A stretch of DNA of 64,000 nt from positions 1-64,000 of the forward strand of contig MCFE01000507.1 in NCBI GenBank assembly GCA_002104905.1. The letters are read 5' to 3'. Numbering within the stretch: position 1 is the stretch's first letter; each line of letters begins with the position of its first letter. A program made the translations under genes and the position numbers. Below the pieces are notes generated by a model. That model did no database searches. It saw only the letters and a list, made by a program, of their open reading frames with translations, and was not told where the DNA came from. The DNA is from Basidiobolus meristosporus CBS 931.73. Taxonomy: Eukaryota; Fungi; Basidiobolomycota. This document shows positions 26,320-41,622 of the stretch, one piece after another.

Positions 26320-29300
26320 GGACTTGTTCCATTGGACAGTGCCACATAGTGCCAGCCTGTTTATAGTGCTGGTATGATCTGGCACTCTACAGCACTACCT
26401 GGCACTATAATTTCTACCATAATGCCAGTGGTAGGATATAGTTACTGGTAATTTTATTTAATCTTACTTATGTTGCTCAAAATAGTGCTTTCCTTGCCTT
26501 ATTTACTCCTCATGATGCTCCAGACACATTTCTCTCAGTGGATGTCTTTTTGTATGAGTATACTGTGCATTGCAAAGTATTGTAACTATTTTACCTGTGC
26601 TGCTGTTTTCTCCTGTCCATGACTTTCCTCTGTAATTACCAGCCAAAATGCTGAATTTCTTCAGATATCCAAATGTATGCTCTACCCTCACTCTGAAATG
26701 ATTAAATATCTCATTGTAGAGCTTCTGCTTCCTGTTAAGCACACAATTCCTTGGCTTCCTATATGCTGTAATACATCCTGATCTCTGATATTCCTCTCCT
26801 ATATGAGCTAAGTCTGCTATGCATTCCAAAATACTTGTGATGTGGAACTATTGCTAAACACTCTAGGATATGGAAGTCTATTGGAGCTTCTGAACCTAGT
26901 ATTCTAAGCTTGCCTTAAGTAATTCATACCCTCTGCAAGATGGTTCTACAATGTTGTCAGCTGGGAATGAAAGCTTCTAGGACTTTTGCTGCCATGCACA
27001 GTGGTATGAAACCTTGTGGGGCAATATTTCTTGTAATAGCAGAGAAGCTCAACAATAGACCTCCTTGAGTAGATTAGGGTAGATGGTCCACAGTACTAGT
27101 CATAGATCTCCTATAGTATGTCAAGAGAGAATCCAGTGGTAGTGATGGGATTGATGAGAAAAGATCATTTGGATGAGTAGGTCATATTAAAGTTGGTAGG
27201 TGCTCAGGCTCAGGTAAATGGATTTGTTTTGGTGCAATCAGCTTTATTTATCTGAGTTTATATGCATTATGATTAAATCTTCATCAATTGCACTGTATCC
27301 ATCATTATGTTGCCAAGATCATCCTCAAACAACAACTCAGCATTTAATGATGCTTTACTCAAAAGTCTAAAATCAAATAGGAAATCTGCCATTGCTGGGC
27401 TTCAACCTGTGTCAATACAATCCAAGATGCAGCATGCATGACATATGGAAACTCAACAATCACATTAGCTTTCATATATGTATCAAATAAGACCATGTTG
27501 ATGCCAATTTACCACTGTGTAAGTATCCAAATCTGTCCCTATGGTAACTATAACAAGTCTTGACTCATCTTTAGTACAACCCAGACAAAACCCACCCCCC
27601 AGCTCACAAGTACAGTCTGGACTGGAGAAGTCAATGTTAGATCTGTTTGAGTTCTTGTGACATGCTTTGAGTATGGCTCAAAGGTCTATGATGAGCCTTC
27701 ATACAGATATTTGGGCACTACACATTAATCTAGCAGAACTAGATATCTTAGAGAGTTGACAGAGATGGAAGAATCAGAGTAGAAAGCTGTGGCATGAGTT
27801 CTACATTAAGATGCCAGCAGATGTATGTAAAGATATATATAACAGGACAAGTATTGAAATCAAGAATGAGCAAGAGTGAGGGGAATTGATGAGAAAGCCA
27901 CATAAGAACAATTTTGCTTGCAATTTATACAGTATGGGCGGGACACATCTGTTTGTGCCTTAACTTTGGGAACCAAAGAGATCTTGAATGAGCTTTTGCC
28001 TCAAATGACTAATGTATTATGTGGTATATTAGTAGGGCTAAGTGGTTTCCAAGAGCAATATACACAGGAATCATCCAGGCAACATTTCCAAATATTGAAC
28101 TCAGGGTAAGTGATTACCTTGAGGAATCAGAAGGCAAGATTCATGAGGAAGAATACAGACCACAAGCAACAGCATCTTGGTAGCACCAGTACTCCTTACT
28201 GGATTCCTTACCATCCATTGCAACTTCAGCACACCGGCAAACTTCAGTCCAAACTATGCCAACACCCTTCACATGAGCACCCTGCATTGAGTCGATGTAT
28301 GATGGGTCAACACACATGCTTTAGACCAAAACCACCAGAACTTGCAAGACTGCTCATTTAGACACAAGTTCATTGGAGCAGTCCAAGTTGCATCAAAAAG
28401 CGGCATCACATTGGACTCAGCCAATGACCTTGCCAGTGCATCAAGTTGTTCCTGTATATGTCAATACACCTGACCATCAGCAAGCTTCTTCGGGTGAACC
28501 AACGCATGATGACCCACACGGTGCCTCCACAACCAGAGCATTTGGCAAATAAAAGAATGCATCAGCACGTAGCACTGCCAGCCAGCTCAGTGGCATCATC
28601 CAGAGAAATTAAACATGGCCAAGCTGCAGCATTGTACTCATTGGCTAGGAGACCAAATACTGACTATGAACACACAAATAGCCAAGAGGATTGTCAACAA
28701 GGAAGAAGTTTAGGTATGCAAAGTGAATCACTACCAAATGCTCTGGTAGTAATTGCTGTGAGAAAAAAACCTAGGAAACAATGATACAATTGCATTGAAT
28801 TGCTATAATTTGTGATGATCCAAACTATACATTTTTGTTTGCAATCCAAATCAAGCCATTACAGATCCGTGATCACTAAATTTTTGAAATAAGCAATAAC
28901 AAGGTTGTCTCACATTTGAGATAGTACCCTTATAAATAAACACCTTGCATATAAATACTGTTGTAAAAAATTTGTAATTATACCTAAATATTCACCTAAC
29001 TTAGTCACTTAGATCATTACCTTCATATCCTAGAGAATACTGACCAAATTCCTTGTTGGGATTTACATAGAATATTTTCACCAAAATACCAAGTACCCAG
29101 AACATGAGAACTTTCAAAGTTGTCCAAACAGCCCCAAACTTTGCACACATGCTCTTGAGACCTTTTGTAACCTATTCTATTTGTTTGTAATGCCAAGACC
29201 ATGTAAATGAATAAATACTATCTTTATGTTCAATAAATCATTGAGTGAAAACCAAATGATATACTTGTCCTCCCAAATTACTTCCAGTATCTTTAAGACT

Positions 29301-29884
29301 CTTACAACATATACATCATCTGTAAAACCAGTGCAGCCATTTGATCTGTTTCACATCTATTTAATTGATTGCATGCTAGTAATGACACCTTGTCCAATCA
29401 CTAGGATCAGGGATTTACTTGCTCAATGGGCAAAATGGGATAGTTGATGGCAAATCAGATAGCTTGTGTATTGGTCAAAGAGCCAGTTGGGGGCTCACAG
29501 CTTCAGCATATTTCTGGACCAATTAACTGCTGGGATGCCACCCAATTGGAGTGATAGTAAACAACATGGTAAGTATCAGTGTAGTTTACAGTGTGATACG
29601 CATTTATTTCCATTTACATCAATGAAACTTATCCAAATACCAGATTTTACCTACCTTAATAGTAGTAACCAATTGCGCACATGATGCAAACATTACAAGT
29701 TGGCATAATCATCCGTGCCAACCTCACTGAGTCAGATTGTGTCATAGTGTGCAAGATTGTCCCACATGGTGCAAAATTGTCCAAGAGGAATCCTGCCTAC
29801 TGGTAGCTATAATATTGTGCCCAATCTTTCTTAGAGACCGCAGATTAAGCCATGCACACTGGCACAGTACAATGGAATAAGTGT
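26320..29884. mobile_element. H element copy 4, both ends present, degenerate, carries a Copia solo LTR
   Basis: ATT|GGACTTGTTCC left end; ATGGAATAAGTGT|AAT right end; transposase fragment 26503-26829 (-); ORF2 fragments 27918-28784 (+). Confidence 0.9.
28959..29309 (+). mobile_element. Copia solo LTR, near-TSD AATAC/TATAC
   Basis: TGTTG...CAACA, homologous to 8207-8555; H sequence is continuous across it. Confidence 0.92.
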
Positions 29885-30597
29885 AATGAGTCTAATATCT
29901 ACACCAAAAACTTTATGAAATCTGCAGTGCTATTAATTTAACAGCCTTTGCAATGTATGCTGACAAGATTCATATCATCTTAGTCAAAGGACTCTCATTT
30001 TGTGCCAGCTTTTTGGCCAGATCATCAAAATTTTGTCTTATAAAGATTTGCTGACTTTTCTTGGCTTGTGGTGGAGTCTTGATGATTTAGTTTATAAAAT
30101 GTCTGTAGTGCTTTATTCCATTTTTTTAAGACTTTAATAAAGTGAGAAGATGTCTAACAGCCCCACTTTTAGCTCCTGATACTCTGGTTTTAGTGTCAAT
30201 TACTGGCTACAACTATAGCATTCTTCCAGTGAATCATGTAATCTACATTATACTATGGTTGGATACATATGTAATGTATCTCATTGCAATCCTTGAAATT
30301 TGGGAAGCTTGCTCCAAAGATCTTTTCTGTTAATAGATAGTCCGCAATGGCAGTAAATAGCTTTAAAGCTTTGCACAAGCTGCTTTAGTGGTAGCAACTA
30401 CAGATTGTGGAAGAAACCTCCTTCAGCAGTCATTCCATAGTGATCTATTATTCATTCTACAAACCTGGAGAGTATTCTATCTAATACCTGTCTAACAGTC
30501 CATTGAGGCCATAGGACCACATGAATGATTATATAGCAGTACAGATCTGCCCCTGAAAAGCCGGGATTTGTAATTTTCTTAAGCAGTAGTAGAGCGC

Positions 30598-33500
30598 TGG
30601 TTATGAGCAACTGCTTAAATGTCTAAGTTAGATTAGTTTTTAGTCCAATCAATTAGCTTTATGTTGAGTCTATTACTACATCAGTGTTATCACAGAAATC
30701 AGTAGCATTAGTCTGCATATGTAGCAGTAGATCCTTATTACACAGAAATAGATATAGTTAGTAGAATCTTGTTGGGTGATCAAGCTGCAATCAAATGGGT
30801 CATCAGCCACAGCCTACGTTCAGAGATACAATTAGTCAGTAATTGATCCAGCAAAAGGTGTATAAGGAGCTGTTGGAACCTTAATAAAAATTAGTTCAAG
30901 TTTTAGTGAATACAAGACTTGCTAAACTCCCTATTCCTCTACAACTCTTGTACCAAGACATGAAACATTGGTAGCAGCAATAACCAAAAGCCTCCTCCTG
31001 AAGAAAGAAGAAGCCATCCTCAAGATGTTAGAAAATAAATAATGGAGAATGCTATGAAGCAGATCCTGGCCCAACAGCAATAGCTACTCCAGATCCTCAG
31101 CCAGCAGCAGCAAGAAATGACTATGATGGCTCAGAGCTGGCAAAATCCCATTAAGCGCAACTCTGGTATAAAGATCAACCTGTATCACAAAAGAGTCAAT
31201 CAAAACTTTGCAACTTGGCTTTTCCAGACTGAAGAAGCTTTTAAGGCTAATGGAATTGCTGCAGAATGCAAGTTGCATTTTGCAGCTTCTTACTTTGCAG
31301 ATGCAGCTTTACAGTAATACCACAACAAGATCAGGTTGGCCACCATGATGGGGTGCTCCACAATCTCTTCTTAGGATGAGCTTGTGCTGAATATTCAGGA
31401 TGCTTTGAACTCCTACACCCATAGACACTTGTGAGAAGGAAGATGAAGACACTCAGACAGAAAGTAATGGCTCAAGAGTACATCTATCAATATAGATATC
31501 CACTTATCAAATTGAACAAATAGACCACCTGGATCAAGTTGAATACACTTTTGATGATTTGAAAGAAAGAACTTGTAAGGAAGTAAGTTATCAGAGACCT
31601 CAGACTACTGAAGAAGCCATCAAGAATGCATTGGCTATGACTCAGCTACATTTGGAGTTACAAAGCCACAATGACTAATTGGAGTGGCTACAATCACTAT
31701 GAAAGAAGTCAATCAGAAGCAGTGCCAATGAAATAGACACTATGCAGAAGAATCTCATTTCAGAAGAATGCCTTGTACATAGAAACATGGACAATGAACT
31801 TAAAGAGGACCTGCAACTTGCATTTCATATGACCTCAAACTCAGGAAGACTATTTTATATGAATGGAGTAATCAATTGAGTATCTGCTAAGATCAAGATG
31901 ACTAAGAAGCATCCCATGAGTAAGTGTCAGAGCAACTTACCTTGAAAGCTGTAATCAACTTGGAGCCCACCAAATTGACTGCAGTCTCCATAGCTGATGC
32001 AAACTCTCACATAATCAACCATATTACTCAGCCTGTAAGAATGAAGATTAATTACAATCAAGGAGACCTACAGACCTATATGTTTGGAAACTGCAAGTTT
32101 GACCTGGTACTTGGAAAGACCTGGCTATTTTGTTGTAAACTATCCATCAAATGGAGAACCCATGCCACTCAGATCTACAAGGACAAAAAGACCTATGAGC
32201 TCTCACCTGCCAGACTGGATTTCAACTTGGTTAATTCAGTGTGTGTTAACCAAGTGAGAATAGCAAGACACATTTCTGTAGAGCACTTAGAAGAGGTACC
32301 CAGATGTACCTAATGGCAGGATTATAGGATGATTCCTCTACTCCAGCACCCCAGAAAGTCCAGACTCTTTAGAAGAAATATTCATACCTGTTTCAAGATG
32401 AGCTACTAAGCCTACCGCCATTCAGAGATGTGGATCATGCCATTGACACAGGGGAAGACCCTCCAGTGAGGAAGACACCTTACAGAATGAGGCTATTGGA
32501 GTTGGATGAGATAAAGAGACAAATAGATCAGTTACTGGAGCAAGGATATATAAGACCTAGGAAGTCACCTTGGGGAGCACCAGTATATTTTGTTTCAAAG
32601 AACAATAGAAAACTTAGGATGTGCATTGACTACTAGGCTCTCAGCTCAGTTACCATGAGGAATAAGTACCTCTTTCCTTGGATTGATGAGCTTTTGGACC
32701 AACTCAATGGAGCTACCATATTCTGCAAGATTGACCTCATGTCAGAGTACAAATAAATTAGGGTGAAGCCAGAAGACATCACCTAGACAGCATTCAGGAC
32801 CAGATATGGACATTACAAGTACTTAGTCATGAGTTTTGACCTTGCCAATGCTGCTGCAACATTCATGACCTTGATGCAAACAGCCTTGTAGGAGTACCTA
32901 GACAAATTTGTGGCAATTTTCCTAAATGACATATTGTTATACAGTACAACAGAAGAGGAACACTTGGAGAACATTGAAAAGATCCTGTAGATACCAAGAA
33001 AGAACCAGCTTTATGGCAAGCTAGCAAAGTGTGAATTATTGAAGGAACATGTTGCATACCTTGAACACCTAATGACTTGCACTGGAGTGACCTTGGACCT
33101 CAAGAAAGTTGAAATCATCAGGAATCTGAAGCAGCCCCATAGCATTTCAGAGCTTCAATTGTTCCTTGGAATGGTTTTGTATTATTGCAGATTTGTCAAG
33201 TCTTTTGCAAGTATTGTAGCCCAGTTAACTGATATTCTGAAGAAAGACAGCACCTTGAAGTGGGTCATTGCCTGTGAGACTGCCTTTCAGATGCTCAAGA
33301 ATGAACTTGCTAAGCTGCCAAGCTTAGGACTACCTGACATCTGAATAGAGTTTAGTCTGTGCACAGATGCTTCAGACTATGCAATTAGTGGAGTACTGAG
33401 CCAAGAACATTAGGGAAAGTACTACCCAGTTGCTTCTGAGTCCAAAAAACTGAACTCAGCAGTGAAGACTGATCTTGCCTCACTCTAGTATTTATTTACT

Positions 33501-34362
33501 CAGAAGGTACTATTCAGAATAATGACATGATGGAGTGAATACATTCAGCAACTTGACATAGAGATTGTCTACCACCCTGGGAAGAACAACAGAGTTGCTG
33601 AAGCCTTATCAAGACTAGAGCTAGTAGCACAACTCAACTTGGTTCACACATCAGATTGGCCTAGCTTATTACCAAAGTGTTTGGAGGACTGATCCATTCC
33701 TATTGAGGTAGGTGAAGAGATCAAAAAGATAATCTGGGATGAAGCCAGCAAATTTGTAGTACAGGATGAACACTCTACTGAATTGTTGATGGAAGCCCTA
33801 TCTGCTATTAACCTTGTGTTGCTTGCCTGGATTTAATACATAAGCTACACAAAGGATATTGATATCTTGGAATTTAGGGAACCTGTGGCCTTGTCAAAGC
33901 CAGAGCATGGTGACCCAGAATGCAACAAGATATTGAGAAGTTTGTGATGACATGCCCAAATTGCCAAATCAACCAGGCCAATACTGAACTATCAAGATAT
34001 TGGTATCACAAAAGAAGAGACTCTGGAGAACCCTCTCAACTTCAGTAGGGGAGAGTGCTATGATTTACCACTGGTATGTTTAAGCTAGATTGTTTTTTAG
34101 GCAAATCAATTAGCTTTATGTTTAACCCATCAGTATATCAGTGTTATCTATCAAATTAGTATCATTGGTCAGCAAATGTATCAGCAGATCCTTATATGAC
34201 AGATATAGATATATTTAGTAGAATCTTGTTGGCTGATGATGCTGTAGTCAAATGAGTCATCAGCTGTAACCTACCTTAGGAAATAAAATTAGTCAGCAAT
34301 TGATCTGGCAAAATGTGTATAAGGAGCTGCTGGAACCTCAATAAAAGTCAGTTCAAGTTTTG
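30598..34362 (+). mobile_element. Gypsy G1-b, heavily decayed, integrase largely deleted, 3' LTR cut by the CACTA-like element
   Basis: 5' LTR about 30598-30967, PBS TGGTAGCAG at 30969, gag/PR/RT/RH remnants, junction near 33970 skips most of integrase, PPT about 34046-34055, 3' LTR from 34056. Confidence 0.9.
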
Positions 34363-37300
34363 CCCTATGAAAAATTATTGAGATCATCCCGTCAAAAGGC
34401 CATCACAAAGTTAATGTCCTGTGAATAAGAGGTACTGATCTTGCCAGGACACCATCCAGGGACTGTTGAAAAATAATTGCACCCCAGATTTCACAGAAAA
34501 CTTTGTCAAAATTTTTCATCACAATGATGTATAAGTGGCTTTGGATTGGTTCCCTGCCAATTTGCTCACTTTCTGATCCCGGACACTCTATTGTCTCCTA
34601 TGTTTGTGTGAATTGATTGGTTATTGCCTCTTTTTCACATTCCTTACTTCCTGACTCAACCGTTTCTCTTACTTTTCATGCACACAAATTGATTTATTTC
34701 TGTTGAAACTTCAGTTGTAACTCAAATGCCAATTGTATTGACCTATACAAGTCTCTATACCCTACACTAACATTGAGCCCAACCCTGTACTCAAGAAGTG
34801 GCTCCATCAAAATCCACCACTCAATAATTATTTCTGCTGTAATGCTCTGGTTTCACAACTTTGGGGGGTACCCAACGGCTTTATGCCACTTTTCATTCAC
34901 TGGTTCCCACACATCCTGGTGTTCAGCTGGCACTGCAAGGTCTAGCCCCTCATCTGCAAGTCTTTGCAATAAATCCTTGCAATATTCCAGTGCATTTTCT
35001 TGAGCACTGCTCTTGAAGAAGTGCTGCAACCTCTTGGTGTGCCTATTAGTGTTCCAAAACTCCACTGAAGGCATTGTGACAGTCTTTTGAGCTCTTGACA
35101 TTGTAGCCTATCCTGTCAGTGGGATCTCCACTCTGTCAACAATGGAGGATGTGGAGGCTGTGGTAGAAAATTGTTTTTTTCAGCAAACTCATCTACCTTG
35201 CTGGAGTGTTGCTCAACTGGCTGCTCTTCCAACTCTTGTGAAAGCAGCTATTTTCTTGTTGGTAATTCTTCTTGGCTATATTGGGATTCAGTCTGTTCCT
35301 GGCTTGTGGCATTAATTGGTAAGAACTGCAGTTTTTTGTCATGCCTCCCTCTCTCAGGCCTGGGTAGACATTTTGCCTCTTTACCTTTAACTTTATCACT
35401 GCCAGGTCTTTCACTGCTACTGTGTCTGAATGCTACCTGTAAAGAAATACATTTTCCCCTGGATAAATTCTGCTCTGACACATCTGTTTTGGCCTGCTTG
35501 TCCCTTGCTAGCACTCTTCTGGCAAACTGGTGTTTCTTTTCAGCTTATTTTGAGCTCTCAACTGTAGTTGTGACAGGCTCCTGTAAAGGCGGCTTGTTTT
35601 TATCACTGCCAGGTCCTTCACTGTTACCTTGACAGGGTGCTTCTTAGGTGGTGCTACGCTTTTTCCTTGATAAATGTTGTGCTGGTTCATCCATGTCTGC
35701 CTGCTTGTCCTTAATTGACACTCTTCCAGCTGCCTGATGTCTCTTTGACGCTTGTCTGGAGCTTTTGGCCCTGCTTGTAACGGGCTCTTGAGGAAGCTGC
35801 TGGTTTTTAGCCATGGTACCCTTGTTCTTCTGCCTTTGACAGTTTCTGCTATTCTTAAGATACTTTCTTAGCATACCAATGCTGACCCAAAATCCATTTG
35901 CCTGTTTTAATCCAGGATAATGCTCATGGAACATGTCAAGTGCATTCTGCTTGGCCTTGTGTTGCTGATGGTCCCATGATATGCCAGCCTTACGGTGATG
36001 GAGTGCTAGACTTCTGATGGCCTCTTGTATATTAGCCCACTTTTCATTACTGCTCTCAGCAGCTTCACAGATCTTCAATATCTTTGACTTTTAGGCTTTG
36101 GAATAAACACCACAATGTCTCCCTCCCATGCTGGAACAGGTTTTTCTGTGGGCTTTATCTTTGGGCACTGTTGTTGTGCTTCAAAGACTCTACAGTGTTG
36201 CTCTGCTGTTACACTGGAAAATGGCTCAATTCTTGGCTGTGACATTGAGCTACTTGAGTTCCTTCTTTGCAGCAAAGATAGTGCTTTATCTACCTGGGAT
36301 ATTGATTTCTATACATGTATTATCCGCTCATTCTGCTTCTGGACTACATCCTGATTTCTCTGGGCCATTGCATTTATCCTATCAGCCACTACACCTAATT
36401 GCTTCATTAATGCTTTGGTATGAACTGACAACATACTTGCTAGTATGGGTGGTGGTGATGTTATCATGACCACTTGCTGATCTTAAACAGAGGGTACTGT
36501 GTTTGCCACATTCTCATCTGCCTGAGCATAGTGGTCAGCTTGTTGCTCTGCAGAGGTTCTCAGTTGCCTACTTTACTGAGAGCCTGAGGAGTCCACATTA
36601 TTACCTTCACTGGGCACACTGTCCACAGGGCCTTTTTTGGATGCAGTCCTGCTTGTTGCACTGAATGTCAAAGCAAGCTGTTGTCCAACTGTTCTTCTGT
36701 TGCCATCAGCAGTGGGGTTTGGTTGAGAACCAGACAACTTTGCTTTATTTTTTAGTGGCATATATATGGAAATGAGTCAAACCAAAGGGGAAATAGTGAT
36801 ACATTTATGTGTGTATGTGATGCCACAACTTTATTTATAATGCTTACCATGGTGGGTCTTCATTGAATCTTACATTCATGTAGGTGCAATGTCTCAAATA
36901 CGACACTGTCTTAAGTTCACATGAGTATTGACCAAAAAGTGATATAATAGCATTACATTGTTGAAGGTCAAACTGTTTGCCCCATGGACATGACTACGTT
37001 GACTCAATGCCATAAGAGAAGAGAAAAATGGCCATGTGGCTATTGTGGCAAGCCTCTCAGCCATGAAGCACACAGACAGCATAGGAAGTATTACACAGAT
37101 CACAGCCAGTGTTTTGCCACCCAAGTCATATTTGACCATTCATTGGTCACTACTGTACCAACATTATCTTGCTGGCCAGTTGATACTTCTATGTTGGCAC
37201 CTGGCTGTCTTTGTCACCTTGCTCAAACTGAGTCATGTGAGTGTGTGGCACCTTTAGGCTCACTGCAGCTATCTGAATATGGCATGCAGAGTGAAAGCTC

Positions 37301-37675
37301 TGACAAAGTAGGCTCACTGATAGATTTTGAGCCTATCTCCCCTAACAACAGTACCATACATGAGCCTGGTCAAATCCCTATATGCAATAAGTCAACATCT
37401 ATTGAAATAAATGCCAAGTATACTTTATGGAGCCAAGTGAGCCCAGTAATCCATCTACTGGTGAATGATATAATGTTGTTGCTGGAGAAGTGGCGCATTT
37501 TCACTTATATCAGTAATGGGGGCTTTGAGGTTTAAAACTACTTCTTGCCAAAATCATACCTGGAAGCAACTTACCATGTACATGGTACAAGCGGACAACT
37601 GTAATGTGGCTGGCAACATATGATCCAGAGACTATCCTGATATTGGCACATGTTAACTGTTTCATGGCATTCACA
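34363..37675. mobile_element. CACTA/CMC-like DNA transposon copy A (left end, accessory gene, transposase N-terminus)
   Basis: Starts CCCTATGAAAAA; colinear with 56172-59480; cut at 37676 by a gypsy LTR. Confidence 0.88.
34790..36761 (-). pseudogene. Accessory gene of the CACTA-like element (copy A), fragmented, function unknown
   Basis: ORF pieces 36573-36761, 36075-36275, 35644-36078, 35248-35514 and 34853-35101 match pieces at 56485-58559. Confidence 0.7.
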
Positions 37676-40600
37676 TGTTACAAGTCTTGGTATAAGAGTT
37701 GTAGAGGAATAAGGAGTTTAGCTAGTATTGTATTCACTAAAACTTGAACTTATTTTTATTGAGGTTCCAGCAGCTCCATATATATATTTTGCCAGATCAA
37801 TTACTGACTAACTGTATTTCCTAATATAGGTTGTGGCTGATGACTCATCTGATTGCATCATCATCACCCAATAAGATCCTACTTAATATATCTATTACTG
37901 TCTGATAAGGATCTGCTGATTCATTTGCTGACTAATACTACTGATTTGATAGATAATACTGATATACTGATAACCTAAACATATAATAATTGGTTTGACT
38001 AAAAACTGATCTAACTTAAACATTCAAGCGGCAGATCATAACATTCTCCCCTACTAAAGTTGAGAGGGTTCTCCTGAATCTCTTTTCTTGTGATACCAAT
38101 ATCTTGATGGCTCAGTATTATCAGCAAGTCTTGCAAGCTTGAGTCTGTCCCTATGCACTAAGTCTTCCCGGATATTGCCTTGTTTGTCCACCAGTTGGTA
38201 AGTTGCAAATGGACATTCTCTGATGATCTTGAATGGTCCTGTCCATTGTGGCTCAAACTTCTTCCAAGTGTTGTTTCTCAGCAATACAAAGTTCCCAACT
38301 GTCAATGCTTCTGGTGCTATAGTCATATCCAATCTCTGCTGTATCTTTTCTGCACTTTGAGATACTTTGGTCTGTGCCTCTTGACATCTTTGTTCCAGTT
38401 GCTGGCATCTACTTGGCTGACTGAGTTCATCTTCTAAGGTGTCTGTAAGCTTTGGTTGTGTGAGATCTCCTGGAATCCTTGGTTCACATCCTTACACTAA
38501 GTAAAATGGTGATTGCTGGGTGGTGTTGTGTACTCTGACTCTGCATGCAAAGAGGGCTTGGTCTATATACTCATCCCATCTACTGACAACTCCATTTGCA
38601 TACTTGATCAGCATTTTTCCAAATAATCCATTAAACCACTCAGTGACTCCATTAGTTCTGGGGTGATATGCCAAGGTTTTCAAGTGCCTGATCTATTGCA
38701 TTTCCAGGCAAGCCTCTAATGTCTTTGCCATAAAGTTTGCACCTCTACCAGATAAGATCTCTACAGGGCATCCAAAATTCATCAGGATCTCATGGTAAAT
38801 TAAACTTGCAACTTCTTATTCACTGGCTATTGGTACAGCTTTAGCAACTGGCCATTTAGTGGCATGGTCAATTGCCACTAGGATCCAATAGTTGCATTTC
38901 CTGGTAGTTGGCAGTCTTCCAATAAGGTCAATTCCCCATCCCTCAAGTGGTCTTACAGGCTCCAAAGGGAAGAGTTTGGCAATTCTTTGTGGCTGGCCTT
39001 GATTGATTTGGCAGTTTGGGCATGTTTTCACTAGCTTCTCAATATCTTGTTTCATTCTGGGCCACCAAGCTCTGGCTTTCACAAGGCTATAGGTTCCTTC
39101 AATCCCAAGATGTCCATATCCTTTGTGTAGCTTATGTATTAAATCCAGGCAAAAACATAAGGGCAATAGGGAATAGGGCTTCCATCAACAATTTGGTAGA
39201 GTGTTTCATCCTTTACTGCAAATTTGCTGGCTTCATCACGGATTATCTTCTTTATCTCTTCATCCACCACATTAGGAATGGCTTGGTCCTCCAAGTACTT
39301 TGGTAATAGGCTAGGCCAATCTCATTCATGCACCAAGTGAAGTTGTGCAACTTGATCTAATCTTGATAAGGCGTCAGCAACCATGTTGTTTTTTCCAGGG
39401 CAGTAGACAATCTCCAGGTCAAATTGCTGAATATATTCACTCCATCTTGTCATTCTTCTGGAGAGTACCTTATGAGTAAATATATACTTGAGGGAGGCAT
39501 GATCAGTCTTCACAGTGCACTTGACTCCTTCAATATAGCATCTCCATGTCTTCAAACAGTGTATTATAGCAAGCATCTCCTTCTCATGGACTGGAAAGTT
39601 TTGTTCTGCTGAGTTCAGTTTCTTGGATTCAAAGGCAATAGGGTAGTCCTTTCCCTTGTGTTCTTGGCTCAGCACTCCACCAATTGCATAATCTGAGGCA
39701 TCTGTGCACAGAGTGAACTCTTTTCTGAAGTCTGGTATTCTTAAGCTTGGCAGCTTAGCAAGTTCATTCTTGAGCATCTGGAAGGCAGTCTCACAAGCTA
39801 TGTCCCACTTATAGGTATTGTCTTTCTTGAGGATTTCAGTTAAAGGGGCTGCAATACTTGCAAACAACTTGACAAATCTCCAATAATAGGAAACCATTCC
39901 AAAAAATGATCTGAGCTCTGCTATGCTATGGGGCTGTTTCAGATTCTTGATTACTTCCACCTACTTAGGGTCTAAGGTTACTCCTGTGCTAGTCACTATG
40001 TGTCACAGATATTCATCGTGTTCCTTGAAGAATTTGCACTTGGCTGACTTGCCATATAGCTTGTTCTCCCTTAGCTTCTTCAAGACCTTTTCAATGTGCA
40101 CCAAGTGATCCCCTTCTGTCTTGCTGTATATCAATATGTCATCCAGGTAGATTATCACAAACTTGTCTAGGTACTCCTGAAAGACAGTCTGCATCAGTGT
40201 CATGAATGTTGCAGGGGCATTAGTGAGGCCAAAACTCATGACTAAGTACTTGTAATGTCCATATCTGGTCCTGAATGCTGTCTTAGGGATATCTTCTGGT
40301 TTCACCCTAATCTGGTTGTATCCTGACATGAGGTCAATCTTGCTGAAAATAGTGGCTCCATTAAGTTGGTCCAAAAGCTCATCAATCTGAGGTATGGGGT
40401 ACTTATTCTTGACGGTAACTGAGCTCAGGGCTCTGTAGTCAATGCACATCCTAAGTGTTCCATCCTTCTTTTTCACAAAAAGCACTGGTGCTCCCCAGGA
40501 TGACTTGCTGGGCCTGATGTATTCTTGCTCCAGTAGCTGATCAATTTGTCTCTTCATTTCCTCCAATTCCAATGGACTCATTCTGTAAGATGTCTTGCTT

Positions 40601-41622
40601 ACTGGAGGGCTATCTCCTGTGTCAATGGCATGATCCACATATCTGACTGGTGGTAGGCTTACAAGCTCATCTGGAAACAAGTCTGAATATTTCTTCAAGA
40701 GAGTCTGGACCTGCTGGGGTGCTGGGGTAGAGGAATCCTCCTGTAAAACCGCCATGAGGAACATATGGGTACCTTTTTTAAGTGCACTACAGAACTGGGT
40801 CTTGCTAGGTTCACTTGTCTCACACACACTGGAATTGACCAGGTTGAAATCCGGCCTGGCAGGTAATAGCTCATAGGACTTGTTGTCTTCTTGGATCTGA
40901 GTGGCATGGGTTCTCCAGTTGATTGATGAATTACGACAAAATAGCCAGGTTTTTCCAAGTACAAGGTCAAACTTGCAGTTCCCAAATATATAAGCCTGTA
41001 GGTCTTCTTCATAGTCATTGATCTTCATTCTTACTGGCTGAGTAATATGGTTGATTATGTGAGAGTTCCCATCAGCTGTTGAGACTGATGTTGATTTGGG
41101 GGGGGTTCCAAGTTGATTCCAGCTTTCAAGGCAAACTGCTCTGACATGTACTCATGTGATGCTCCTAAGTCAATCATAATCTTGGCAGGTACTCCATTGA
41201 ATGCTCCTTCAATTATAATAGCTTTCCTGAGTTTGAGGTCATTTTGGATAGGTATTTTCTGTTATATGGAAGGTGAGTCCTGAGTCTTCTTCAAGCTCTT
41301 CCTCAATGCTAATATGCTCAAGGGCTTTAATATATTTGAAGGTTCTTAATGACTGGTGTCCATTTTTTCTCTGAGGGCAGTACTTTGCAATATGTCTTTG
41401 CTGGTGGCAATTAAAGCAAAGTCCGTTCTTTTTACATGCTTGTGAGGGGGGATTCTTCTGCATAGCATCTAGTTCCATTGGCACTGCTTCTGATTGTCTT
41501 CTTTCAAAGTGATTGTAGCTTCTCTGATTAGTCATTGTGGGGTTCCCAACTCCAAACTTAGCTGAGTCATAGTCAACAGCAGTCTTGAGGGCTTCTTCAG
41601 TAGTCTGAGGTCTTTGATAGTG
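37676..41622 (-). mobile_element. Gypsy G1-c, 5'-truncated (3' LTR 37676-38043, integrase, RNase H, RT, PR, end of gag)
   Basis: LTR homology; PPT at 38044; long ORFs 40003-41028 (RT: [25 protein letters not shown]) and 39322-39960 (RNase H: LCTDASDYAIGGVL). Confidence 0.95.
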
